A stretch of DNA of 15,474 bases from a bacterium (GTDB lineage Bacteria; Zhuqueibacterota; Zhuqueibacteria; Oceanimicrobiales; Oceanimicrobiaceae), in NCBI GenBank assembly GCA_046757025.1, contig JBHHXN010000125.1, positions 1 to 15,474 on the forward strand. The letters run 5' to 3'. Position 1 is the first letter of the stretch. Each line of letters begins with the position of its first letter. The position numbers and the translations under genes are program-made. This document shows positions 1 to 8,378 of the stretch, piece after piece. Under the pieces are notes generated by a model, which was not told where the DNA came from, made no database searches, and was given only the letters and a program-made list of their open reading frames with translations.

Positions 1-1334
1 CCCAAAACGGCAAAGCGTTGTCTCTGGAGGAATGCATCGACATTGCCTTGAAGAACAATTCACAGCTCAAAAATGCGATTTATCAATTAGACCGCACCGG
101 CGCCAATGTTAAAAGTTCCTATTCGGGCGTGCTGCCGCGGATTACTTCCAGTTTTTCTTCCGGGCGAACGACAATTGGCAAAAGTATCGACTTGCGCAGT
201 GTGCCGGTCATCGATCCTATAACCAAGCAACCGGTGATCGATCCGGAAACCGGCGAGCAGGTGATCGACTATCGTGAAAATGTCTCGCCTTCTCGTTCCT
301 TTTATGGGCATTCGTTGACCTTGCGTTATTCTCAAACGCTGTATGATTTCGGTCGGAGCTGGAACGCCATTAAGCAAGCCAAGGCTTCGTTTAATGCTTC
401 AACCAGCAGTTTGACCGCGGCGCGACAAAATGTTTATGCGACGGTGAAAGAGAGATATTTTCAATTGCTGAAAGCCATCAAACTGGAGCAAGAATATCAA
501 CTGGCCATGGAAAGAGGAAAGGAGCAGTTGGAGCGCACGAAGAGCATGTATGAAATCGGTTCGGTGGCGCAAATCGACGTCTATCGCTCAGAAGTGACCT
601 TGGGCAACGATCAAGTGAACTTGATCAATCAGCAAAACACCGTGCAAATTGCTCGCTGGAATCTGAATGTCGCCATGGGGCGCGACCCTGAAACGCCGCT
701 GGAAATCATGGAAGTGGACGCCAATTCGGACCTGCCTAATTTTACGTTAGAAGAAGCCATGGCCATCGCGGAAAAAAATAATCCGGATTTAAAAAGATAC
801 GAGTACGACATGCGCAGTGCAGAGTTGGGGCAGAAAATCGCCAAAAACAATTTTTGGCCTTCCATCGGCATCAGCGCCAGCTACACCCGCCGGAATGAAA
901 AATTAAATCGAGTCTATGGTCAATTTGATCAGAATTTCAGCTTGAGTCTCGGTGCACAACTGGATTTAAATATTTTTAATGGACTAACCGATGTGGCGGA
1001 TTTGGACCGGCAACGTTCCAATTACGCCATTGCACAGGAAAGCTGGTTAGATACCAAGCGGCAAACGCATTTAAAAGTGAAACAAGCCTATCTCAATCTT
1101 AAAGCCTGGGATCAAATTTCCAAGATAAATGAAACCAATTTGCGCGCGGCTGAAGAAGAATATCGTCTGGCTCAGGAACGCTATCGGGTAGGCGCCGGCA
1201 CACAGCTGGAAGTTACTGAAGCACAGGTATCTTTAACCCGGGCACGCGTGGTGCTTGTGCGTACGAAATATGACGCCATGATTGCACAGGCGCAGCTGGA
1301 AGCGGCCATGGGCGTGATCGAAGAAGAACAATAA
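1..1334 (+). CDS. TolC-family outer membrane efflux protein (5' end outside window)
   Basis: The frame is open back to the window edge (QNGKALSLEECIDIALKNN), so TTG at 18 is probably not the true start and the signal peptide lies upstream. Two OEP-type repeats are present (LSLEECIDIALKNN / FTLEEAMAIAEKNNPDL; YEIGSVAQIDV / YRVGAGTQLEV), with C-terminal LEAAMG. Confidence 0.93.
   Translation, partial: QNGKALSLEECIDIALKNNSQLKNAIYQLDRTGANVKSSYSGVLPRITSSFSSGRTTIGKSIDLRSVPVIDPITKQPVIDPETGEQVIDYRENVSPSRSFYGHSLTLRYSQTLYDFGRSWNAIKQAKASFNASTSSLTAARQNVYATVKERYFQLLKAIKLEQEYQLAMERGKEQLERTKSMYEIGSVAQIDVYRSEVTLGNDQVNLINQQNTVQIARWNLNVAMGRDPETPLEIMEVDANSDLPNFTLEEAMAIAEKNNPDLKRYEYDMRSAELGQKIAKNNFWPSIGISASYTRRNEKLNRVYGQFDQNFSLSLGAQLDLNIFNGLTDVADLDRQRSNYAIAQESWLDTKRQTHLKVKQAYLNLKAWDQISKINETNLRAAEEEYRLAQERYRVGAGTQLEVTEAQVSLTRARVVLVRTKYDAMIAQAQLEAAMGVIEEEQ
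204..269 (+). repeat. 27-bp-period in-frame tandem repeat (~2.4 copies) inside tolC, encoding PVIDPITKQ-PVIDPETGE-QVID
   Basis: Units are ccggtcatcgatcctataaccaagcaa (204-230), ccggtgatcgatccggaaaccggcgag (231-257) and caggtgatcgac (258-269). Confidence 0.75.
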
Positions 1335-1498
1335 TGGCAGTTTAAGAATTTCGATCAATTTTATCACAAGCCCCTGATATTTCTAACAAGGAGAAAAAGT
1401 TCTCTAACAAATCAATCTATTTTGACTGGCGAAAGTAGCCAGACTTTAAACCAGTGAATATTTGCAATAAATCAAGCACCGACGAGGAGTGAGGTACT

Positions 1499-2800
1499 AT
1501 GTCAAAAAAAATGAAAATATTGATTTTTGCAGGCGCCGTGGTTGTGATCGCGGTATTTGTCATTGTCAATTTGAAGAGAGCGCGCGGCGATGTAATAGAA
1601 GTGCAAACCGCCAAAGTGCAACGCGGGGACATCACCCAACTGGTGTCGGGTTCTGGCAAAATCCAGCCGGAAAAAGAAGTGAAAATTTCCGCGTTTGTGA
1701 GTGCCGAGATCACAAAATTGCCCATTAAAGAAGGCGATAAAGTTAAAACAGGTCAGTTGTTAGTTGAGCTGGACCGCACGCGTTATGAAGCGGCTTTGGA
1801 TAGAGCCAGATCCAATGTAAAATCGGCCAAAGCCAATCTGAAAAAAGCCCGTAGTGAATTGAAACGCGCGCAGGATTTATTTGCTAAAAATCTCTTTTCT
1901 CAAGCTGAATTGGAATCCGCAGAAGCCAGTTTTGAGCTGGCGGAGAGTCAGGTAGAACAGGCTCAGGCCAATTTAAAGCAGGTAAAAGACGATTTGTCCA
2001 AAACCCGGCTCATCTCCCCAATCGACGGTACCGTGGCGAAACTCAACAAAGAAGAAGGTGAAATTGCCCTGGGCTCACAGTTTCAGGCCGACGTGATCAT
2101 GACCGTGGCCGATTTGAATCGGATGGAAATGGTGGCGGAAATAGATGAAAACGACGTGGTGCTGGTTTCATTGGGAGACGAAGCAGACATTGAAGTGGAC
2201 GCTCTGCCCGATGAAAAATTTAAAGGCATGGTAAGTGAAATTGCCCACACCGCTACCACACGCGGTCGCGGCACCCAGGAGGAAGTGACCAATTTTGACG
2301 TGAAGATTTTCTTGCAGGACAACGTGGAAAAGCTGCGACCCGGCATGTCCGCTACCGTGGATATCAAAACCGAAACCCACCCGGATGTAGTGTATGTGCC
2401 GATTCAGGCCATCACCATGAGGGCACCAAAAGATACCACCAGCGAAACGGGGAAATTTAGTAAAAAGACTTGGAGAAAGAAAAAAGGGACTAAGCGGGAT
2501 GAAACCATGGAAGTCTGGGAAGAAGATTCGAACAATAGAAGCGATAACGACATCAATAAAGCGGAAGAAGAAAAAAGCAAAATGGTGCAGGTGGTTTTTG
2601 TGGTTGAAGATGGCATGGTAAAGATGACGCCGGTGGACACCGGCATCAGCAGCGAAAAAAACGTTGAAATTACCAACGGTTTGGAAGAGGGTCAGGAAAT
2701 CGTTATCGGTAGCTTCCGGGTTTTGACGAAATTGCTAAAAGACGAAAGTAAAATTAAAGTAAATAACAAAGCCAAAAAGTTCAGTCGAAAAGAAACCTAA
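1499..2800 (+). CDS. Efflux periplasmic adaptor subunit (MacA/HlyD-like membrane fusion protein)
   Basis: N-terminal basic residues plus TM anchor, lipoyl halves ([41 protein letters not shown]), a coiled-coil hairpin and the [11 protein letters not shown] motif. RBS GAGG lies upstream of the ATG. Confidence 0.95.
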   Translation: MSKKMKILIFAGAVVVIAVFVIVNLKRARGDVIEVQTAKVQRGDITQLVSGSGKIQPEKEVKISAFVSAEITKLPIKEGDKVKTGQLLVELDRTRYEAALDRARSNVKSAKANLKKARSELKRAQDLFAKNLFSQAELESAEASFELAESQVEQAQANLKQVKDDLSKTRLISPIDGTVAKLNKEEGEIALGSQFQADVIMTVADLNRMEMVAEIDENDVVLVSLGDEADIEVDALPDEKFKGMVSEIAHTATTRGRGTQEEVTNFDVKIFLQDNVEKLRPGMSATVDIKTETHPDVVYVPIQAITMRAPKDTTSETGKFSKKTWRKKKGTKRDETMEVWEEDSNNRSDNDINKAEEEKSKMVQVVFVVEDGMVKMTPVDTGISSEKNVEITNGLEEGQEIVIGSFRVLTKLLKDESKIKVNNKAKKFSRKET

Positions 2801-2819
2801 TATATTGGAAAAGAGCGCT

Positions 2820-3536
2820 ATGCTGATCGATATTAAAAATCTGGTAAAAATTTACACATTGGGTACGATTGAGGTACCGGCGTTGCAGGGCATTGACATA
2901 AAAATAGAACCCAATGAATACGTGGCTATCATGGGGCCTTCCGGATCGGGAAAATCCACGCTCATGAACATACTGGGATGTCTGGACACCCCCACAGAAG
3001 GGACATACAATTTCAGCGGTGAGGATGTGAGCGGCATGGACGACGATCAATTGGCCACCATTCGAAACCGGAAAATTGGGTTTGTGTTCCAAACGTTTAA
3101 TCTGCTGCCGCGGGCGAACGCGCTGCACAATGTCGAGCTGCCTTTGATCTACAGCGGGGTGCCGTCTTCAAAACGCAAGCAGTTAGCTCAGGAGGCTTTG
3201 GATAAAGTGGGTTTAGCGGATCGCATGCATCATAGACCGAATGAACTTTCCGGGGGGCAGCGGCAGCGGGTGGCCATTGCCAGAGCCCTGGTGAACAACC
3301 CCTCGATCATCTTGGCCGATGAACCCACAGGAAATCTGGATACCAAAACCGGCGAAGAAATCATGGAGATCGTGCAGAAAATTTATGAACAGGGCAATAC
3401 CATCATTCTGGTTACCCATGAAGAATATATCGCCGAACACGCCAATAGAATTGTCCGGTTGCGCGATGGATTGATCGAAAGTGATGAGCGAATTAGCACC
3501 AACGGAAAACAGCAAAACACCGTGACTTCAAAATAG
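2820..3536 (+). CDS. ABC transporter ATP-binding protein (MacB/LolD-like, stand-alone)
   Basis: Walker [11 protein letters not shown]-loop [10 protein letters not shown], signature LSGGQRQR, Walker [13 protein letters not shown] and H-loop VTHE. ATG at 2820 is preferred over TTG at 2805. Confidence 0.96.
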   Translation: MLIDIKNLVKIYTLGTIEVPALQGIDIKIEPNEYVAIMGPSGSGKSTLMNILGCLDTPTEGTYNFSGEDVSGMDDDQLATIRNRKIGFVFQTFNLLPRANALHNVELPLIYSGVPSSKRKQLAQEALDKVGLADRMHHRPNELSGGQRQRVAIARALVNNPSIILADEPTGNLDTKTGEEIMEIVQKIYEQGNTIILVTHEEYIAEHANRIVRLRDGLIESDERISTNGKQQNTVTSK

Positions 3537-3608
3537 GTTTTCTGCAATTTTGTTTTGAGGAAGGTTCACAAGAAAGCGAATAATTTCCACTAAAGAGCAT
3601 TTGAATTT

Positions 3609-4844
3609 ATGAAAATCATTCGGATATTTATTCAACTGTGGGAGGGTATGGTGATGGCCTTCAGCTCTCTGCGAGCGAATAAAATGCGCTCCATTTTAAC
3701 CACGCTCGGCATCATGATCGGGGTGACCACCGTGATCACCATTTTAACCTTGATCAACGGACTGGACAGCGCGTTTTCGGAACAGATCTCAAATTTGGGT
3801 TCGGATAATTTGTACGTCTCCAAACTGCCCTGGGCGGCCGGCATGGATTATTTTAAATATCGCAACCGCAAAGACATCACTGCTAAAGAGGCTAACGCCA
3901 TCGCTGAGCAAGCCACGCTTGTTCGCGCCATCGCCCCCATGGCCTGGACCCGTCGTACCGTTAAACATAAAAACCAATCCGTAAACGGCGTCTCCATCAA
4001 CGGCACCAACGACCAGTACAAAGACGTGGCCAACGCTTACCCGGAATTTGGACGATTCATGACGGCTTTTGAAGTGAAACACCGAAGAAATGTCTGCGTT
4101 CTGGGCTGGGAGGTAGCTACGAAATTATTTAAAGAGGAAACCCCCTTAGATAAAAAAGTCTATATCGGCGGTTTCCCCTTTCGTGTGGTGGGGGTGCTGG
4201 AAAAGCGCGGCGACATCCTGGGTGAAAATCTGGACGCCAATATCTACATTCCGCTGGGCGCGTTTTATAAGATTTTCGGCACCCGGCGCTCGCTTTTGCT
4301 GCGCATAAAAGTGGTGGATGCCGCCCTAATTGAGGAGGCGAAAGATGAGCTGCGCGGCATCCTGCGACGGGTCAGAAAAGTTCCGCCGGAAAAAGAAGAT
4401 GATTTTGCCATCAATCAGCAGGATATGCTCACCAGTTTATACAACAGCTTAACCGCGGGATTGTATGCGGTGGCGGTGGGCATCGGCGCCATTTCGCTGC
4501 TCGTGGGCGGCATCGGCATCATGAACATTATGTTGGTCTCTGTAACCGAAAGAACGCGCGAAATCGGTGTGCGAAAAGCCATCGGCGCCCGCAAGCGAGA
4601 CGTCCTGTGGCAATTTCTGGTGGAATCGGTGGTTATCAGCGCGGTGGGCGGTATCATCGGAATCAGTCTGGGATTTCTGCTGGGAAAATTGATCGAAGGC
4701 ATTTCGCCAATACCGGCCGGTATTTCCATTTTCTCGATAACAGTGGGTTTGGGATTTTCATCGGCAGTGGGGATATTTTTTGGCCTTTACCCGGCGACCA
4801 AAGCGGCGCGATTAGACCCCATTGAAGCTTTGCGCTATGAATGA
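3609..4844 (+). CDS. MacB/FtsX-family ABC permease 1
   Basis: ANKMRSILTTLGIMIGV, a large periplasmic domain, VGGIGIMNIMLVSVTERTREIGVRKAIGA, and C-terminal LDPIEALRYE. Confidence 0.95.
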   Translation: MKIIRIFIQLWEGMVMAFSSLRANKMRSILTTLGIMIGVTTVITILTLINGLDSAFSEQISNLGSDNLYVSKLPWAAGMDYFKYRNRKDITAKEANAIAEQATLVRAIAPMAWTRRTVKHKNQSVNGVSINGTNDQYKDVANAYPEFGRFMTAFEVKHRRNVCVLGWEVATKLFKEETPLDKKVYIGGFPFRVVGVLEKRGDILGENLDANIYIPLGAFYKIFGTRRSLLLRIKVVDAALIEEAKDELRGILRRVRKVPPEKEDDFAINQQDMLTSLYNSLTAGLYAVAVGIGAISLLVGGIGIMNIMLVSVTERTREIGVRKAIGARKRDVLWQFLVESVVISAVGGIIGISLGFLLGKLIEGISPIPAGISIFSITVGLGFSSAVGIFFGLYPATKAARLDPIEALRYE

Positions 4845-4891
4845 TCTCAAATTAAAAGCAAATTGAAATTCTATCAACGGAGATAAGCGGA

Positions 4892-6109
4892 GTGGATTTT
4901 ACCCAAATATTTGTGCTGGCACTGGCAGCGATTCGTGCAAATAAACTACGATCGATTTTAACTACTTTGGGAATCGTGATCGGTGTTTTGACGGTGATCG
5001 CCATGCAGACTTTTATAGAAGGGCTGAATAAGAGCGTGGAGCAGGAGCTGGCGGACATCGGTGCAAACACCTTTTACGTCCAGAAATATCCCGCCATTAC
5101 CATGGGCGGCGGTAAGTACCGCAATCGCAAAAACATCACTCTGGATGAAGCCAATGCGGTGGAGGAACGCGCTTCACTGGTCTCCATCGTGGCGCCCTAC
5201 GAGTACCGTTTCGGAGTGACCGTGCGGCATGCTAAAAAGAGAACCAATCCCAATGTGATTTTGTACGGAGCCAACGAATCCTGGCTCTATACCATCGGCG
5301 TGTATTTGGAAGAAGGACGCTTCCTTTCAAAAGTGGACATTGAATTTAATCGGCAGGTGTGTGTGCTGGGTGTGGAAGTGGTGGAGAAATTGTTTCCGTT
5401 TCAGAACGCCATCGATCAGCAGGTGTTAATCGATGGCAATCGTTTTACGGTCATCGGTGTTTTTGAAGAACAGGGTAAACAGTTTGGCCAGAGCCAGGAT
5501 AATTTTGCCGTGATACCCATCTCGACTTTTGAAAAAATATACGGTTCCAAGCGCTCCATCGTCATCGGGGTGAAAGCCGACGAAGGCGAATTTATGTCGG
5601 ATGCTATCGACGAAGTCACGGGCATCATGCGTGTGGAACGGGGGTTGGCTCCAGGCGATCCCAACGATTTTGAAATCCTGACCCGAGATTCACTGTTTGA
5701 GACCTGGAAAAGTCTCACGAACATCGTGTTTGCAGCCGCAGTGGGTATTTGTTTGATATCGCTGCTGGTGGGCGGCATCGGAGTTATGAACATCATGCTG
5801 GTTTCGGTGACCGAGCGCACGCGCGAAATCGGCATTCGCAAAGCCGTGGGCGCCAAACGGCGCGATATTTTATTTCAGTTCTTAGTGGAAGCGGTGGTGA
5901 TCTGTGAAATTGGCGGACTGATCGGCGTCCTATTCGGGCTGGGAATCGGTAAGCTGATCGGCGTATTTACATCGTTGCCGGCAGCGGTACCGGTATGGTC
6001 GATCTTTCTGGGACTGGGTTTTGTCTCCCTAGTGGGCATTTTCTTTGGAATTTATCCGGCCGCCAAGGCGTCGCGCCTGCATCCCATCGGTGCTTTGCGG
6101 TATGAGTAG
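4892..6109 (+). CDS. MacB/FtsX-family ABC permease 2
   Basis: ANKLRSILTTLGIVIGV, VGGIGVMNIMLVSVTERTREIGIRKAVGA and C-terminal LHPIGALRYE. GTG start. Confidence 0.95.
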   Translation: MDFTQIFVLALAAIRANKLRSILTTLGIVIGVLTVIAMQTFIEGLNKSVEQELADIGANTFYVQKYPAITMGGGKYRNRKNITLDEANAVEERASLVSIVAPYEYRFGVTVRHAKKRTNPNVILYGANESWLYTIGVYLEEGRFLSKVDIEFNRQVCVLGVEVVEKLFPFQNAIDQQVLIDGNRFTVIGVFEEQGKQFGQSQDNFAVIPISTFEKIYGSKRSIVIGVKADEGEFMSDAIDEVTGIMRVERGLAPGDPNDFEILTRDSLFETWKSLTNIVFAAAVGICLISLLVGGIGVMNIMLVSVTERTREIGIRKAVGAKRRDILFQFLVEAVVICEIGGLIGVLFGLGIGKLIGVFTSLPAAVPVWSIFLGLGFVSLVGIFFGIYPAAKASRLHPIGALRYE

Positions 6110-6236
6110 CGTCTGAAATCCTATTCTCCCAAATCCTTGGTTGAAGCCGTTAAGAGCTTTGACTTATGTCTAATTGAATCTATCCTCCTTTCGTTTCTCA
6201 CGATTGAATTGTGCAAATCAGGGTGTTCAACCTTTA

Positions 6237-6415
6237 CAGACTGTGTGAAAAAGTGATATCGCGGCTAAAAACCCAATGCGTCATTATTGTCATCCCGCAA
6301 CCGCGGAATATTTTTAATAAACAACACGTTACTTCAAAACTAAAAAGATTCCTTCTGCTTGTCCCGTAAGGCGGGGAATGACAAAAGCCCGGAAGTTGAC
6401 TTTTCACACAGGCTC
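6237..6415. mobile_element. 179-bp MITE-like element with imperfect TIRs and 4-bp TTTA target-site duplication
   Basis: Left end CAGACTGTGTGAAAAAGT (6237-6254); right end ACTTTTCACACAGGCTC (6399-6415; reverse complement GAGCCTGTGTGAAAAGT). TTTA directly flanks both ends (6233-6236, 6416-6419). No coding capacity. Confidence 0.72.
6287..6384. repeat. GTCAT...ATGAC palindromic hairpin element inside the MITE
   Basis: TTGTCATCCCGC (6287-6298) is an imperfect inverted match to GCGGGGAATGACAA (6371-6384). Inner GGAAT...ATTCC arms enclose an AT-rich spacer. Confidence 0.65.
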
Positions 6416-6593
6416 TTTAGGTTGCAGCAGGCTGAAGTTTGAACATCCTACCTTAATTTTATTTTGCAGAAGTCTATTCTCGCATAATACCTCACTGACG
6501 GGAGAAGGCCATGGATCTCGTTCCAGAATATTATTGGGGAGCGAATGGGTACTCCTCTTAACCAGAGGTTTTACATTCTCACTAAACTTTTCC

Positions 6594-6622
6594 TTGATTA
6601 TATGGCCGAAATTGGCTATGTT
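6594..6622 (+). promoter_or_regulatory. Candidate sigma70 promoter for the polyprenyl synthase-PTS block
   Basis: TTGATT (6594-6599), a 17-nt spacer and TATGTT (6617-6622), ending 47 nt upstream of the GTG at 6670. Motif match only. Confidence 0.45.
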
Positions 6623-6669
6623 TTGCACTGGTTTAAAAGTCGTACTTATGTAATTTACAAAGGGCTTAA

Positions 6670-7668
6670 GTGACTGAAATAGTTGAGGCTGAAGCGCTAA
6701 AACAGGTATTAAACGATTGGCAAAATACTATAAATTTGCGTTTAGCAGAAATTTCGAGCGATGCGCAACCAGACATTTTGTACGAACCTATTCGTTATGT
6801 TTTGCAAGGCGGCGGTAAGCGCATTCGTCCGATATTATTACTGCTGACTTGCAAGGCCCTGAACGGCGATATTGAGTTGTGCTGGGAAGCGGCTGTAGCA
6901 GTGGAGCTTTTGCACAATTTCACCCTGGTGCACGACGATATCATGGACAAAGATGACACGCGCAGAGGGCGTCAAACCGTTCATAAAAAATGGAATGAAG
7001 ACACCGCTTTGCTTGTCGGCGATGGTTTGTTAGCTTTGGCTTACCAGGCGTTGTTGCGTACCCGCTCGCCACGCATTCAAACCATCGCACAAATATTCAC
7101 TGACGGCATGTTGGAGCTGTGCGAGGGTCAGGCGCTGGACCTGGAATTTGAAACGCGCAACGAAGTGCATCTCGATGAGTATCTGACCATGATTCAGAAA
7201 AAAACTGCCCGGCTGTTAAGTGTGGCCGCACAAATTGGCGCTTTCATCGCCGACGGAAATCCCGATGACGTCACTGCCGTAAGAGATTTTGGATTCCATC
7301 TTGGCTGCGCTTTTCAAATACAGGATGATTTGCTGGACATCACCACCACGGAAGAAATTTTGGGTAAAACTCACGGCAGCGACATCATCCGCAAAAAAAA
7401 GACCTTTTTGTTGATTCACGCTTTAGAGCATGCGGATGCCGAAACGAAAAAACGACTAGATGAAATCGTGAATCATTCAACGATTGAAAATTTACTACTC
7501 AAAGAAGTGCTGAGTATTTACGAACTAACTGGCAGCATCGCAGCGGCGAAGACTTCGGTGGCCAACTATTTTGCCAGTGCAGAAAACGATCTTTCAAAAC
7601 TAAAGGACAGCCCGGCGAAAAACGACTTGCGCAGCTTGGTGCAATTCATCGCCAGTCGGGAAAATTAA
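6670..7668 (+). CDS. Short-chain trans-polyprenyl diphosphate synthase (IdsA/GGPP synthase-like)
   Basis: GGKRIRP, first Asp-rich motif NFTLVHDDIMDKDDTRRG, GQALDL, KTA and second Asp-rich motif FQIQDDLLD. Confidence 0.93.
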   Translation: MTEIVEAEALKQVLNDWQNTINLRLAEISSDAQPDILYEPIRYVLQGGGKRIRPILLLLTCKALNGDIELCWEAAVAVELLHNFTLVHDDIMDKDDTRRGRQTVHKKWNEDTALLVGDGLLALAYQALLRTRSPRIQTIAQIFTDGMLELCEGQALDLEFETRNEVHLDEYLTMIQKKTARLLSVAAQIGAFIADGNPDDVTAVRDFGFHLGCAFQIQDDLLDITTTEEILGKTHGSDIIRKKKTFLLIHALEHADAETKKRLDEIVNHSTIENLLLKEVLSIYELTGSIAAAKTSVANYFASAENDLSKLKDSPAKNDLRSLVQFIASREN

Positions 7669-7679
7669 AGAATCATTTT

Positions 7680-8378
7680 ATGGAATACACTTTTCTCTGG
7701 TATTGTTTGTTTGGCGGCGTGGTTTCGCTGGACACGGAAGCGTGCGGGCAGTTTAATATTTCACAGCCCCTGGTGGCGTGTACCATGGCGGGGCTGATTT
7801 TGGGGAATGTCGCAACCGGCATGATCGTTGGCGTATTGCTGCAGTTGCCTTTTTCCGTCGAAACGCCGGTGGGAGGCAGTAAAATCTCTATGGTCAATTT
7901 AAGTGCTTATGTCGCAGCCGGCCTGGCCATCTCAGCGAAAGGGCTTTTTCCCGACCTTGGGCACGCTAGTTTGGTAGCTGCCCTCACATTTGGCGTGCTG
8001 TTAAGTTGGGCTGCCGTGCCTCTGCAGTATGGGTTGCACCAAAGTAATTTGCTTTTATTGAAAAAGGCCGATGTGGCCGCAGCACAAGGAAAATCCGGGC
8101 ACATAGCGCTGTTAAATTACCTTGGGGCAGTCAACGCCTTTTTGTTCGGTGTGCTGTTCGTAGTCGTATTTTGGTGGATTGGCCGCTGGGGGAGTTTTTT
8201 CATTTTGGAGAATTTAACTCCCGTATTTGATCGCGCACTGCAATTCATCAAACCGGTGATGTTAGGCGCTGGCGCCGGCATGTTGCTCTGGCATTTTGCC
8301 AGGAAAAGTCGGGTGCATTTTCCCGTGATTGGATTTTTATTGAGCGGTGGCATTCTATTCATAAAATATATTTGGTAA
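7680..8378 (+). CDS. PTS mannose/fructose/sorbose-family EIIC subunit (divergent)
   Basis: Hydrophobic protein with SLD...GQFNISQPLVACTMAGLILGNVATGMIVGVLLQL...PVGG, matching the ManY-type N-terminal pattern. It is adjacent to an EIID gene. Confidence 0.8.
   Translation: MEYTFLWYCLFGGVVSLDTEACGQFNISQPLVACTMAGLILGNVATGMIVGVLLQLPFSVETPVGGSKISMVNLSAYVAAGLAISAKGLFPDLGHASLVAALTFGVLLSWAAVPLQYGLHQSNLLLLKKADVAAAQGKSGHIALLNYLGAVNAFLFGVLFVVVFWWIGRWGSFFILENLTPVFDRALQFIKPVMLGAGAGMLLWHFARKSRVHFPVIGFLLSGGILFIKYIW

Larger units (their letters stand above)
6218..6451. repeat. GTAG-type REP doublet (REPIN-like), interrupted by a MITE
   Basis: Removing 6237-6419 restores AGGGTGTTCAACCTTTAGGTTG-CAG-CAGGCTGAAGTTTGAACATCCT: two inverted 22-nt units (17/22 identical), each with an internal hairpin. 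The right unit reads GTAG-GATGTTCAAACTTCAGCCTG on the minus strand. Confidence 0.65.

Noticed and set aside
4495..5860. DNA similarity between 4495-4590 and 5760-5860 as a repeat element
   Set aside because: It reflects the conserved MacB motif in two paralogues; the differences are mostly at synonymous positions.
6612..6627. Sigma54-like TGGC...TTGC promoter
   Set aside because: Only 9 nt separate GG and GC; sigma54 requires 10.
6378..6653. ORFs 6378-6653 (+) and 6404-6628 (-) as small genes, for example xseB before the prenyltransferase
   Set aside because: No recognisable motifs, and both run through the MITE end and REP sequence. Neither resembles XseB.
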